Shown here: piece by piece, positions 1 to 16,030 of the stretch
Numbering within the stretch: position 1 is the first letter of the stretch
How the letters are laid out: each line of letters opens with the position of its first letter
NCBI RefSeq assembly: GCF_009914755.1
Contig: NC_060941.1
Strand: one strand, 5' to 3'
DNA length: 64,000 bases
Source of the DNA: the human T2T-CHM13v2.0 reference genome, Homo sapiens
Position numbers and translations under genes: made by a program
Notes under the pieces: model-generated
Told to the model about the DNA's origin: nothing
The model's database searches: none
What the model saw: the letters and a program-made list of their open reading frames with translations, nothing else

Positions 1-84
1 TTCCTGATGATTAAAGTAATACATGTTAAACGAAGAACATCAGAAGACACAAAAAATAATAAAGAAAATGGATATCACACATAA

Positions 85-492
<408 letters not shown>

Positions 493-519
493 TAGCATAG
501 CCTGGTATATATGGCCTTG

Positions 520-1070
520 GACCATTTTCTCCACTTGTCACTATAAAGGGGACATTTTCCTATGTTATTAAATATTTTAAATGCTATTTTTATATTTGCT
601 TAGTATTGATCCAATTGATGTGTTAATATTTAATCATTATTCTAATTGCTAGACATATATAGGCTGTTTCCAGTTTTCCACTATTATATAATAAATAATG
701 CTACAGTGAACATCTTTGTACATAAATCTCTGTCCACATCTCTGATTATTTCCTTAGGATAGATTTCTTCAAGTGGAATTACTAGATCAAAGGGTATACA
801 TTTTTAAAGATTTTGATCCATATTGCCAAATTGCTTTCTAGTAGGGATACATTGATTTCCATCCCCATTCACCATGTATGGGACATATATTTAACTGCAC
901 ACTTTACAATTTAAAAAAAAAAAAACACTTTTCAATTGGAAGGTAAATGTATCTCTTTATTGTCTTAATCTTCATTGTCCCTTGCAGGGAACTTAAACAT
1001 ATTTTCCACTTCTCTTGGCCATTTGTATTCTACGAATTGTCTCTCCATGTTTTCTGCCCACTTTCTACTG
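520..1070 (-). mobile_element. Old L1 (L1M/L1ME-type) 3' fragment
   Basis: Antisense L1 3' motifs (ggctgtttccagttttccactatt...aataatgctacagtgaacatc; tattgccaaattgctttc). Confidence 0.7.
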
Positions 1071-1226
1071 GACTTATCCTCATGTTTTAGACAAAAAACC
1101 TGAGGTTCAGAGTAGCTGAGTAACCTACCCAGTTACATAGTTGGCAACAGCTACAGCCAGAATCCAAACCTCTCTTACTCCAAATCCTGAGCTCTTGCCC
1201 TGTGCTGCTTCTCTATGACTCTAGAG

Positions 1227-2065
<839 letters not shown>

Positions 2066-2639
2066 AAGAGCCCCAAGTTTTTCACCTGTGAAATGGGGAT
2101 GGTGCTAATATCACTCACTTTGCAGGATTGTTGCAAGACTTGAATGGGAAGCTGTGTGTGTATACAGTTTGTAAAGCACTGCATACCCGCAATGGCGATG
2201 ATTATAACTATGGGCTGGGGGATCTAGGGTGACTTGCCTTTCACTCTCAAGATGAGTAGAAATTTGATAGGCAGAGTGTAGTTATTGCTGAGAATAACTC
2301 CAATGGTTACACACATATATACTCATACCATGTTTTTGTTTGTTCTCTTCACTGGATCAGTGTCTTCTGAATAGTATTCAGGGTTAGAGAGAGCGGGAGT
2401 AAGTCTTGCTCACTCAGTGCAGAAGAGATTGTTCCATTAATTCCTCAAATGCCCCATTTCCTGTGGGCTGTGCCTACGGCCACTGGAGGTGTCTGTCTCT
2501 GAACTGCCCTGCTTGGCTGCCAAGCAGAATTAAAATTTGTCTTTTTAATTTACCACTTTATTCATCTATCAAATACTTACTGAATACCTATTGTTCAACA
2601 GCCTCTGAGATGAGAGTTCTTTTCCTAAAGGATTTCCTC

Positions 2640-2940
2640 AAAACATATAACTACAACAAAGCTACTGAAATTAAAATGAAAAACAATGAGAAAGAGGTAA
2701 ACATGTTTAGGCATAGAACCTGTGTAACATGAATTTAGGCTCTGAGCTTCTTGGCAACCAGGGCAAAAAGGGAAATATATTAGATTACATAATTTCCACT
2801 ATCTGGGAGAAAAATGTGTGCTACTTTTTTTTTTTTCTAAAAGAGACAAACTGTTCCTTGGTACTACATTCAAGCAGGTCATCATCACACAAGGCAGTCA
2901 CACAGGGACTCTGAGCAGCATAATAGACAAAGCCTCCAAC
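2640..2940. mobile_element. Probable ancient L4 (RTE-X) LINE fragment
   Basis: ggctctgagcttcttggcaaccagggcaaaaagggaaa resembles the L4_Mam motif as recalled; not verified. Confidence 0.45.
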
Positions 2941-3894
2941 TGCAGATTTACAGCAAGTGCAGCCGTGGTCTTCCTGTGCTTGTTTCTTGTGTCTGCCCTC
3001 AATAAAAGCTGAGGGCACCATGGTAAAGCTCAAACGCAATGGAGGCAATACTACAGGAATCCAACCTATGTAATCCAGGTATGTGGCTTTCTAGGGATTT
3101 AGCTTGAAGCAAGGAAGGGGTTTCGAATGCCCATGGGAAGGTCTGCCCCAGCTGTCTCTGAAATCCAGTCCATCCTCTTCTTTGCCACTGCCACCACCTA
3201 GGGTGAGTCCTTGTCCTTTCTTGCCACCACTCTGGTCTCTCTCCTGGACTCTCTTCCATTGAAAGCCAGTGATCTCTCTGCTACACAGACCTGATCATCA
3301 CCCCAACACTCCACCAGCTCAAAATCCATCAGTGATCTAAGTGGTGGGATTTGGGGTGAATTTGTTTGCACTCAGCTTGGAATTTTTAATCATTGTTTGA
3401 ATTCTTTATAATAAGTATGGATCATACTTGCAAAAACAGTAGGATGATTTTATTTTAGAAAAAAAAATCTGGGTTGAGATGCCCAGCTGTGCCAAGATGC
3501 TAATAGTGGTTAATTCTAGGTGGTGGGACTATGGGTGGTTGTTACTTTTTACTCTATATTGAAGTATATGTTTAAAGTTTACAAAATCATTTAGTCCTTC
3601 TTTTTTGCTTGTTTGTAACCTGAAACCCACTCACTCCTCCTCTGAGCTCTCCTTTTGCATAGTGACATCATTTATTAGGCACCTACTGTGTACAAGTCAC
3701 TCTTAAAAAATAGTACTGGATTTAAGCCATATGTTGAACCCATTTCATGGATGAAGGAACTAAAGTTTCAGAGTTTATGGAGGAATTTGCCTGGGGTCAC
3801 AGGGCTGGAGCGACAGAGATGTGATTAGGACCAGCAGTCTGCAGCCAAACTTCCAGTTTTCCTTTACACTCCAGTCTCCTACTCAGCACATTGT

Positions 3895-4904
<1,010 letters not shown>

Positions 4905-5847
4905 CTCTTTTATTTCTTCACACCAGCATAGTACTTGGCTTATTCTAGATGTTCAATAAATGTTTATTATTACACACAGGTGCTTCCTAAATCTCACTTC
5001 TATGGTGGGAAATTTTTGAAATACTGACTTTTTTCTTCCTTCGTAACATCCCTTCCTTTTACCCCTCGGTATCGTTGCCTCAAAGGACCTCAGAGGATGA
5101 GGCCTGTGCCCAGGCAGACCCCTGAGAGCCAAGAGGGTGTGGCTGAGAGGTGGCATCTAGATAGCTTCATGGAGAATCCAGTGCCTCAGCAGGAGGAGCA
5201 GACCCCCTAACGTGCCTTCCATCATGACCTGGAAGGACACAGAACTGAAAGTGCCACTTGGACAAGAAAGAAGATCCTCTTAGAAGGCACCTGGGTGAAC
5301 AGATCACATGGACGATCACGTGATACTCTCCCCACCCAGCCTCCAGCACTACAGAAGCCCTCCCAGACTTAGACGGAAGTCTAGGGAAAGGACGAGAACT
5401 CCGAGGAAATTCAAAAATCACTGAGACTGAATTTTTTTTCCACTGCCAGTGGCACAAGGACTCAGCATGGAAATTAAATTGCATTAAAGAAAAAATGTTT
5501 TATCATAAGAGTCTCCGGACTGAGACTTTTACTACACTGCCCCTATCTGGGCATTTGCTCGGCTGGAGAAACACATTTCAGGGTGGCACTGGCCTCTGAG
5601 CATGCGGAAGGAAGTGTGGAATTCTAAGCCACCTACTGAGGGCAGGGAGGTACTGGGAGTTCGGAACCCAGAAAAGCAGACAAACATCCTGAGGCCAAAG
5701 TTACGGAGACTGATAGGTGTTCTCCCCACCGGGGAAGGTCTCCCCTTCTGTGTGTGGAGGTGGCAAGGAGGGCCCTCTTGTTGGCAAACTTAGAGCTTCC
5801 TCCCAAGGTATTTTGGACCCATTACGCTCTCAAACAGGAACCTAATT

Positions 5848-6059
5848 AAATATATATATTTATATATATATTTATAAATATATATATTTATATATATATT
5901 TATAAATATATATAAATATACATATACATATATATTTTTTTAAGGGATGGGGTCTCTCTATGTTGCCCAGGCTAGTCTCAAACTCCTGGGCTCAAGCTGT
6001 CCTCCTGCCACAACCACCCAAAGTGCTGAGATTACAGGCGTGAACCACTGCACTTGGCC
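5848..6059 (-). mobile_element. FLAM/left Alu monomer with tail converted to a (TA)n microsatellite
   Basis: Monomer at ~5936-6059; TA-rich tail 5848-5935; 13-bp TSD caggaacctaatt at 5835-5847 and 6060-6072. Confidence 0.88.
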
Positions 6060-6982
6060 CAGGAACCTAATTTAGACCCAGAATTCCACACCATTGACCA
6101 TGGAAAGAATGATCTTGGCCTGAGAAACTTTTAGAGCAGATATGACGAGTTGCCTATGTCTGCATCGTTAGTGCCCTGGTGGACTCTCTCCTTCTAAGCA
6201 GCACAGCTCCCTGGGGGACCTTCAAAAAGAGTGAGCCATGAAATGGCCCCCCAGGGGATAAAAAAGAAGGGAGTCTGCTGAATGAAGTTACTTACCAGTG
6301 ACCCTGCCAATTTGAGCCTCCGCCCGGCAAGGACAGTGAATTTGGCTTTGCCATGGTTGATGCTGTCAGAGAGAGCTTGGGCGGTGGGATAGGGAGGGGC
6401 CGCGTTAGTGGACCAGCCGGGTGGCTGAGATGTGGTGGGAACATCACTGTGCTCTAGTTGCAAAGTCTGGTGCCAGTTTTCACTCTGCTCTTACCAGCCT
6501 GGCCTGAGAAACCCACTGCCTCTTTCTGAGCCTTGGTGCCCTCCGTTAGACATAACTGCCTCACATGGTTGTGGGGAGGGCACTTGGTAAGCTCTTGGTG
6601 ACTTCCCCTAAGAATCTGTCATCCTATTTCACTAGCAGCAGCCTCATCCAGTCTTAGCTGCAACCCCGTGTCACCCGTGGAAATCCCGTTATCCCATGAA
6701 AATGCTGTGATTCAATGCAATTAGGATAAAGAGGGACCTGGGGGCTACCACCAGTGGTTACAGTGCAGCTGGAAAGCAAGTGGCCTCTTTACTACCAGTA
6801 AGCGCGGGGTGTCCTTCAGCCGAGCCAGTCAGGACGCTGGTACTGGGCCTCCTGGATGACCCTACGCCTTCTTTAAAGCCAGATAGCCCATATTCCCGGC
6901 AAACACTTTCATTATGCTCTTCTTTTGGGGCGTGGTGAGGTTAATGTTAATTGCGGGGCTGTTCATAATAAATCAGCTCTGA

Positions 6983-7657
<675 letters not shown>

Positions 7658-7839
7658 TAGTTGGAATATGCACAGCAAGAAAGCCACTGGGGCATCAGCC
7701 TTTCCTGTACATTACCTCATTCCATCCTTACTACGCTCTGCTGAGGCAAGGTAGGCAAGCATTGTTTTACCTTTTCAAATCTATTTTGTATCTCTCCATC
7801 ACCTCTGCCATCTTCCTAGTCCAAGCCACTGTCAATTTT

Positions 7840-8550
7840 TTTTATTAAGGTTTTCTAAGGTATAGTTTATATTTAGTGAAGTGCACAAATCCTAAGCATA
7901 CAGCTGGATGAAGTTTTACACCCAGGTAACCACTGCTGAGATCAAGCTATACATTCCCAGCTTTATAGCAGGCTTCCTCTACCTCCCTACAGCCATTATC
8001 CCTCCCAAGGATAACAGCTATCCTGACTGCTATTCTTACAGATTCCTTCTGCCTGTTTTTGAACTTCATATAAATAGCACCATGCAGCGTGTCCTCCCTT
8101 GTGTTGTGAGATTCACCCATGTAGCATGCATCAATCGAGTCGTTTGTTCTTTTTAACTGCTGCATAATGTTCCATTATGTGAATAGACCATAATTTATTT
8201 GTTCATTCTATAACTGGTGGACATTTGAGTTGTTTCCAGCTTTCAGCTATTACAAATAAAGCTTGTGTCTTTTAGCGGACATTATGCTAGGTCATAGAGT
8301 ACATTTATTTTTAGCTTTAAAAGGTACTACCAAATATTTTTTTCCAAAGTAGTTACGTTGATTTACATTCCCCCCTGCAGTGTATGTGAGTTTCGGGTGC
8401 TTCACAACCTCATCAACCCTTCTTGGTAGTCTCGGTCAGTCTTGTAAAATTTAACCACTCTGATGGGTCTGTAGTGGAATCTCATGGAGGTTGTACCTTG
8501 CGTTTCTCTGATGATAAATGATGTTGAGCATCCTTTCATTTGTTTATTGC
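7840..8550 (-). mobile_element. L1ME-type 3' fragment
   Basis: gaagtgcacaaatcctaag...ttttgaacttcatataaat...ggtggacatttgagttgtttccag...aatgatgttgagcatcctttcat. Confidence 0.8.
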
Positions 8551-8679
8551 AAGCCACTGTTATGCTCTCATGGGTCACTGTGCAGAACTCCTACCCAACC
8601 TCGCTCTTCCTGCTCTGGGCCTCTCCAATCCCTTCTGTCCAGTACAGCTGCAGCAAAGAGTATTCCTAACATAGCATTT

Positions 8680-9088
8680 TGGTCCTGTTGCTCTCCTGCT
8701 TAAAACCCTTCTATAGCTTTCCCTTGCCCTTTGGATCAAGGGTCAAATCCTTGACCTGTTCCTGCTTTCCCAGGACTCCTGCCTGCCTCTCCAGCTTCAT
8801 CTAAGATCATTCTGTCCCTTGTACTTCAGCCACTCTGGTCTCTTTTGGGCATGTGAGTTGTTTCCACGTTTTAGCTATTACAAAAGCTCGTGTCTTCTCC
8901 TTCCCAGCATTTATCTTATATTCTGTAATTATATGCTGATTGTTTGATTGATGTCTGTCTCTGCTACTAGACGGTAAGATCCATAGGAGCAAGCCCTACA
9001 CTTGTCTTGCTCATTTTGCATCTCTAGTGCCTAATGTAGTGCCTGACACATAGTAGATCCACAGTGCATATTTGTTGAATAAGTAAAT
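8680..9088 (+). mobile_element. L2 3' fragment
   Basis: ctcctgcttaaaacccttc...gtgcctgacacatagtag...atatttgttgaataagtaaat (L2 3' terminus). Confidence 0.7.
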
Positions 9089-9092
9089 ACAC

Positions 9093-9770
<678 letters not shown>

Positions 9771-11158
9771 ACACCTCCAGTTTACAAATTAAGAAACTGA
9801 GGCTCTGAGAGGGAAGGTGCCCTCAGGTTGCAGACCTGGAGCTAGAAGCCACATTTCCTGATTCTTCAATGCTCTTTTCACCGTACCCCAATGCCTCTGA
9901 TGAGATGATGAGTGAAAACATTTTGCTGTTGCTTTTACACAATTCTAGTGTAAGGATTGCTGTGTTATGACTATCGTCGTTGTTATTATTATCGGATGGA
10001 CATCAGAATGTCAGCTCCAGGAGAGCAGCAATGGTGTTTCATTTTCCACTGGATCCCAGCACCTCAGTACAGTGCTTGGAACAGAGGAGACACATTGGTG
10101 GGATTGACAGTTAACTATTGGTTGAATTGCAGCATTGTTGGCATAGACTAGTATAAAGAAAAATGTCAGCTCCTTTTAAAAGCAGATGCTATGGAACTGT
10201 TCATATGTTTTCATTTTGCTGGGACTTTATGGGACTGATTATTGTTTAAATTAAGAAGCTGGTGACTGGTACCTGGAAATCTGTCACATGCTAAATGGTA
10301 TTCACTGAAACTCAGTAATCCCAAACTTCCTCTGGTTGCACTCAGGCAGGTTGACCTTCATTTTCCCCCTTGGGAAAAAGTTACCTTGAATCATGAAGGA
10401 TGGAAAAAAGAGGACACTCAAAAGGCCACAAGGAACCTACCAAAGAGAATTAGGGCTTTGCTCATTGTTGGCAAGCAAATTGCTGCTGCTCATTGCAAAT
10501 GAATCTTATTTGTCCACCATCAAGTCTTATCTGCTCATCGTGGCGGGTCCTGCTGCTGCGCTGCTTGGCAGCAGATGGGTTCCAGGGATGGCAGCTCCAT
10601 GGAAGTAATAAAATGGCATTTCTTTTCCAATTGTCTCTCATTGAGACCTCTTGGTAATTCAGATTGATTGTCTTACAGCCCAGCACAGGGACTGACTGAG
10701 TGAAGTTTGTCTGGGCCCGGGCTTTTATTGCTGTCTCAGGAACTGAATGATATACACAGCCAGATTATTCTCCAGCTGCCCAAGGGTTCTGTCCTTTCCA
10801 GTCAGGGGCAAGCCCTGAAGGTGGGTGAGGCGAGGAGGCTCCTTCAAGTCTGGAACCAGGCTTCTGGACTCCTGGCCCAGTGCTCTGTTTAGAGCAGCTG
10901 ATACATTACCAGGAACAGGCCTATGATAGTCTTCATCACCTGCCTCAGCCAGGACCACGGTGCCTCAGCATTCCCAGTGGCTTTAGGCTTTGTCTGCAGT
11001 GGGAATGTCTTGTCCATCCCCTAAGATCCATCCATCTGGGAGTCCCAAGATGCTCCCAGAGGTGCAGCCCCACACCCTTCCTGTGGCTCTGCCTAAGCTC
11101 TTGGTGCCTGAGGGAACGGAGAGAATCAACAGCTTCTTAGTTTTGAGCTGTTTATCAG

Positions 11159-11474
<316 letters not shown>

Positions 11475-11939
11475 TGAGCAGGGAGAGTCAGAGGTTCTGG
11501 GGTGCTGAGAGTGAATCTGAGGTCTGGCAGGGCACTATACACCCCCTCACCCCAACAGCTAAACCAACAGCTAGAATCTCTGCTCTGAAGGCTCTTGAAA
11601 GTCCTGTGTTGAAAGGGCCAGGCCCCCACCCCTGGGAGCAAGGCCAACCTCGTGTCCCCTTGTACCCTCTCCTTTCTATTTCTGTAAATTTTTTTAGTTC
11701 TCCTCCTGGCCCTGTCTCCTCTTTCCCTCATTTCTGTATCCCCATCCCCTCAGACCCATCTACCCCTCAACCCCATCTGACTGCCGATTGAAAAGGCCTG
11801 ATAATAATGTGAAATAATATAGTATCACCCAGAGGCTGCTGACAGGCAGTGTGGCCACCTCTGAAAACAGGCAGGGAGGCAGGGAGGGCAAGGAAATTAT
11901 AGGCTGCACAAAGGAGAAAAAGTTAAAGTGAGAGCTCCA

Positions 11940-12340
11940 TAAAAGAAAGTGGAACTATTATGCTGCAAAATGCCAACTCATTACAAAGCGGCCAAATAAG
12001 AGAGAAATACGGCGCTGCCTGTAATAGCAGTTTACAAGGGAACATTGTACAGCAACAGAAGAGACGCTGCTATAATTTGCTCTAACAACTCCAATTATCC
12101 CTTTTATTGATTTGGCAACACATTTAATAGGAGTAGCCACACCTCTTCTGTTACAAATCATTAAAGGTGTTGAACGGTGTAATTTTAAAATTGTCCTCCT
12201 ACAGTTGTCAGTATGACAGCATAATTCCCCCTGATTTCGGCTATGTAAACACCGAGGCACAGTCATTTCCCCCTTACAAGGCCAGAGATGTTGTCAGCCT
12301 GGGGTTTTTGTGCAGAAACATCCATTTAATGCGTATCTTT
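11940..12340. promoter_or_regulatory. Candidate conserved non-coding element / enhancer
   Basis: Repeat-free AT-rich block with retained CpGs, TAAT/ATTA, TTTATTG, TGTCA/TGACAG and TGTAAACA motifs; conservation not verifiable here. Confidence 0.5.
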
Positions 12341-12519
12341 TTTTCCCCAGCCCGCACTCCTAATTGCAGTGAGGTTTGGTTTACTCTTTTTTTTTTTTTC
12401 CTTTCTCTCTCACTCCTTCCCTCTTTTCTTCCAACTAAGAGGTGTGTGTGATGGGGGAGGTCAGGGACGGAAATAAACAGGCGGTTTGGTCTTCTCTTTC
12501 TTCCCTGGCAGCCTTAATT

Positions 12520-13030
12520 GCTACTTAAGCGTGGGCCCTGCACTTAACATCCGGGGGGCAGGCCCGGTGCGTGGTGCACGCCGGGCGCGCTGTGCACAGT
12601 CTCCGGAGGCCGCCAGTGCGACCCCGCCCCACCCGCGCACCCCCGCCCGGAGGGCCCCAGCGCGCATGCGCTCGCCGCAGGGCGGCCTGCGGGGCTGTGG
12701 ACGCGAGGCCAGCTCGTAGGGGGCTGGGCGGTCAGCGGGGTCAAGGGACAGCCACGCTGGGACGGAGGACGGGGACAGGGGAGCCCCTGCGGCGCCACTT
12801 CTTCCTCTCCGAGTCCTGTCTGCCCTTGATGGAGCCACTGGTGGGGTTACTTGCTGGCGGTCGGCCACTTTCGCCCCTCCCTCGCCAGCCCGCCAGCTCC
12901 CTAAGGTTTTGTGGTTTTTTGTCACCACCACACCTCAGTGTTGAGCTAAGTGAGGACGTCCCCCCAGCAAATGTATTGGACGGAAGGAAACGCTGTGCGG
13001 GAGGAGGCGGAGGAAAGTAGGCCACCCGGG
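12520..13030. promoter_or_regulatory. CpG island, promoter-like (orphan CGI)
   Basis: Very GC- and CpG-rich; NRF1 palindrome gcgcatgcgc (12662-12671), GC box ccccgccc (12622-12629), ETS-type cggaag (12981-12986). Confidence 0.8.
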
Positions 13031-15844
13031 GCTCAAGTGGTGAGAAGAGGCAGCCAGGCAGGGTGGCAGGTGGGGTGTGGCCAGCTTGTTGGGTGTCCCA
13101 CCCTGTGCTGTTGGGGGCGTGGAGGGTAGTGTGGGGTGGCCAGGGCGGGCTCATGTCCTCATCCCCCTCCTCTTTCCCAGAACCACACCCAAACCCTCTT
13201 CAACCCCCTGTGTGTGGGCTGTGGCAGGGGTCAACCTCTTGTGTTCAGGTCCCCTAGGGGCCCACCCCACTCTACTAGGAACCAGGGGTCGGATGCTGTC
13301 AGGGGAAGCCGTGTGGCTTGAGGAGTCGAGACCCTTTCCAAATCCACCCCTGTGGAATCTTGAGCAAATCCCCACACCCAACTTAGCTTCAGTGTGGTGG
13401 AGGTGGGCCCAGCGCCTCTCTTGAGGGAGTGCTGCTGTAGGTACCTTCCAGCAGGCCAGGCTCCTGAGCTGGGATCACCATGAAGCTGGCATCTCTCCTG
13501 GTAGCACCTATTCTGGGGCCTTGAGCTCCGACACTCTTACGCTGGAGTTGAACTTAAGCTGCAGCGGGAGGGCTTTAAGCTAGACCCGCAGAATTTGAGC
13601 TCTAAGGACTTGCTTAAGATTGGGAGAGTAACTTCTTCTGCAAGGGGGCCAGCAGAGGGGCTCTCGGGTTGAAGGAGGGTTATGCTGGCCCAAGCATTGC
13701 CATCATAGCCACAGCTGGGCTGTGCCTCAGAGTCTGCAGGAGCAGGGCCCTTGGCCTTGGCTCCCAGGACAGTTGGGAGATGGAGGGCAGCCCCAGTAGC
13801 TGCCATCTTCCTGTCATCTACCCACACGTCTCCAGATCTGTTTGCCTGCATCAGGGCCTGACTCCTGCCCCACATGGGCCTGTGTACCATTCAAGAAGAA
13901 AGCTTAGCTGTCTCCAACCCCGGCATTCCCACAAGGGAAAGCTTGAGATCTGCTGAGGGAGGGTCCTGGGAAGAGGCCTTCTTCTGTTCTCCTGTACAGC
14001 AGAGGTGTTGGCATGTGCACGTGTGTGTCTGCATGTGTGTGCATCTGTGAACATCTGTCTGTGGCTCTCGTTCTGAGCACCTGTGTGTCTCCGCTTCTGC
14101 CTTGTTCTGTCTTGGCACCTCTGGGTGTCTGTATGTCTTTTTCTAATCCTGGCTCTCTTCTTGTGCTTCTCTGGGCCTCGTCTTTTCATCTTTGTGTTTT
14201 TTGCTTACTGTATTGTAATATCCATTTCCATGCTGGAATTCTCCTACCAGACCATGGGCTCTGTGAGGGCAAAGACTGTCTTTTATCTTCCCATGTGTGC
14301 ACATAGTAGGAGCCTAGTACATTTCTGTGGAGTAAATGAATGGAGATCTGGCTCTGTTAAGAATCCCTTAGTGTCTGTGTCTCTGGCTGCCTGACTTTCT
14401 GGGTCTCTGTGACCCTCAGAAGCTAGTTTTGTGGTTCTGTGTAGGGGTATACCTGGTTTATTCCCATGCATATGTGTATTTCTTGTGGTAGTTTTTCTCT
14501 CCTTGTCTATGTCTGTTTCAGGTTTGTTGATCTGCCTGAATGTCTCTGCATGTGGCCCCACATCTCTCCTCATGCCTGCTGGTCTCAGAGTATAATGGAT
14601 GCTGAGTCCAAAGCAGGTGTTTCCTGGGCATTCGTGGCAGGGGAATTGGACTTCCAAATCTGCCCCCTCTCCACGTGGGTGAGCTTCTCCCAGACTCTCC
14701 ATCATAAGAGGCTGTGAGCACCCGAAACTGATCACCTTCTCAGCCTAGAATGGGAGTGAGCTGTGGTCCTCTCCCTCTCTTCCTCTCACTGTGACCCCAA
14801 TCACAGCACCTGCCCTTCTCTAATTGGCTGATGTCAATGGAAGGGGGAAGGGAAGGCTGATGTCCAAGGAGGAAATCCCATTAGGTGAGCCAGAGCCAAG
14901 TTATTAGTGGTTAAGATGTAATTGGAGTTGGTGAATAATCTCATTCAATTCATCACGTATTTATGGCGCATCCAGCTGTGTGACCTTGGGTGCGGTGTTT
15001 CACCTCTCTGATGAAATAAGACCTTAATGTTTGCCAAGGACCCTGGATTTCTGAGATTCTGAGTCCCTGAAGCTGGAAGGAATCTCTACCGAATTCCGAT
15101 CACTTGCTGCTGCCTCTCTCCTTGCTTCTGAGTTATTTGTGCAATTACCTGCATTCCCTCCTAAACTCTACATTCCTTCAGGCCAGGGTCTTATATAACT
15201 ATCCCCCACAGTTTAGTGCCTTGCACACAGTGGGTGATTTATCAGTTTTTCTGAATGGATGACTGAATGCTAGGCACTGTGATTAATAACAAAGAAATAG
15301 AATTAGAAGCCCTGTGCTTAGGCAGTATACAATTTTAGGGGAACGGGGAGGGCGGAGATGACCTTTGCACTTTATATTATAGCTTTGGGAACTTGTGTGA
15401 GTTCCTCAGCCTCTTTGTGCCTCTATCTCCTCATTAATAACATGCAAATAATAACGGCTACTAACTAAGGATTTTGTGAGGATTAAATGTGATCGTATGT
15501 ACAGTTAAATCCTTCGTGTAGTGTTTGGCACTTAGTAGATCCTTAATTAATGTGTGTTCCTGCTCTATTCCCAACTAGAGAACAAGCACCAAGCCCTGTG
15601 GATTTCAGAAGGTGAGAAATCACTGATGGGTGGGGTTTTTGGATTGAAGCTGGGGAGTGGGGATCTATAGCGAGATTTCTAGACTGCTTTATTGTACCCT
15701 ATGCTTCTTTTTTTTTTTTATCTCCCCTCACTTCCTCCCCTCCCAACACACATGAAGACAAATAGCAGGTGCTCAGAAAGTATTTATTGAATTAATGCAG
15801 AAAATGAAGCCCATTTCTTTGTGGCTAAAGATAGCAGATCTCAA

Positions 15845-16030
15845 ACCAGGCTTCTCAATGGAATCACCTGGGATCTTTTTAGAAATCTACTTTCTTGCCC
15901 CTCAAATCCAAAATTCAGTCTGTCTCACACACACACATACTGATCAGAATCTCCAGGCTTGGGCTCAGAACTAATGTTTTTTAAAGCTGCCCAAGTGACT
16001 CTGATATGTGGACAATTTGGGATATCCTGG
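15845..16030. mobile_element. MER5-type hAT-Charlie element
   Basis: cttctcaa...gaatcacctggga...tgatcagaatctcc...ttttttaaagctgcccaagtgactctgat. Confidence 0.65.

Noticed and set aside
10393-11140. Possible processed pseudogene
   Set aside because: No frame resembles a known protein; no poly-A tail or TSD
12486-13154. Several overlapping 77-149 aa ORFs in the CpG island
   Set aside because: Expected from stop-codon scarcity at high GC; no recognisable domain
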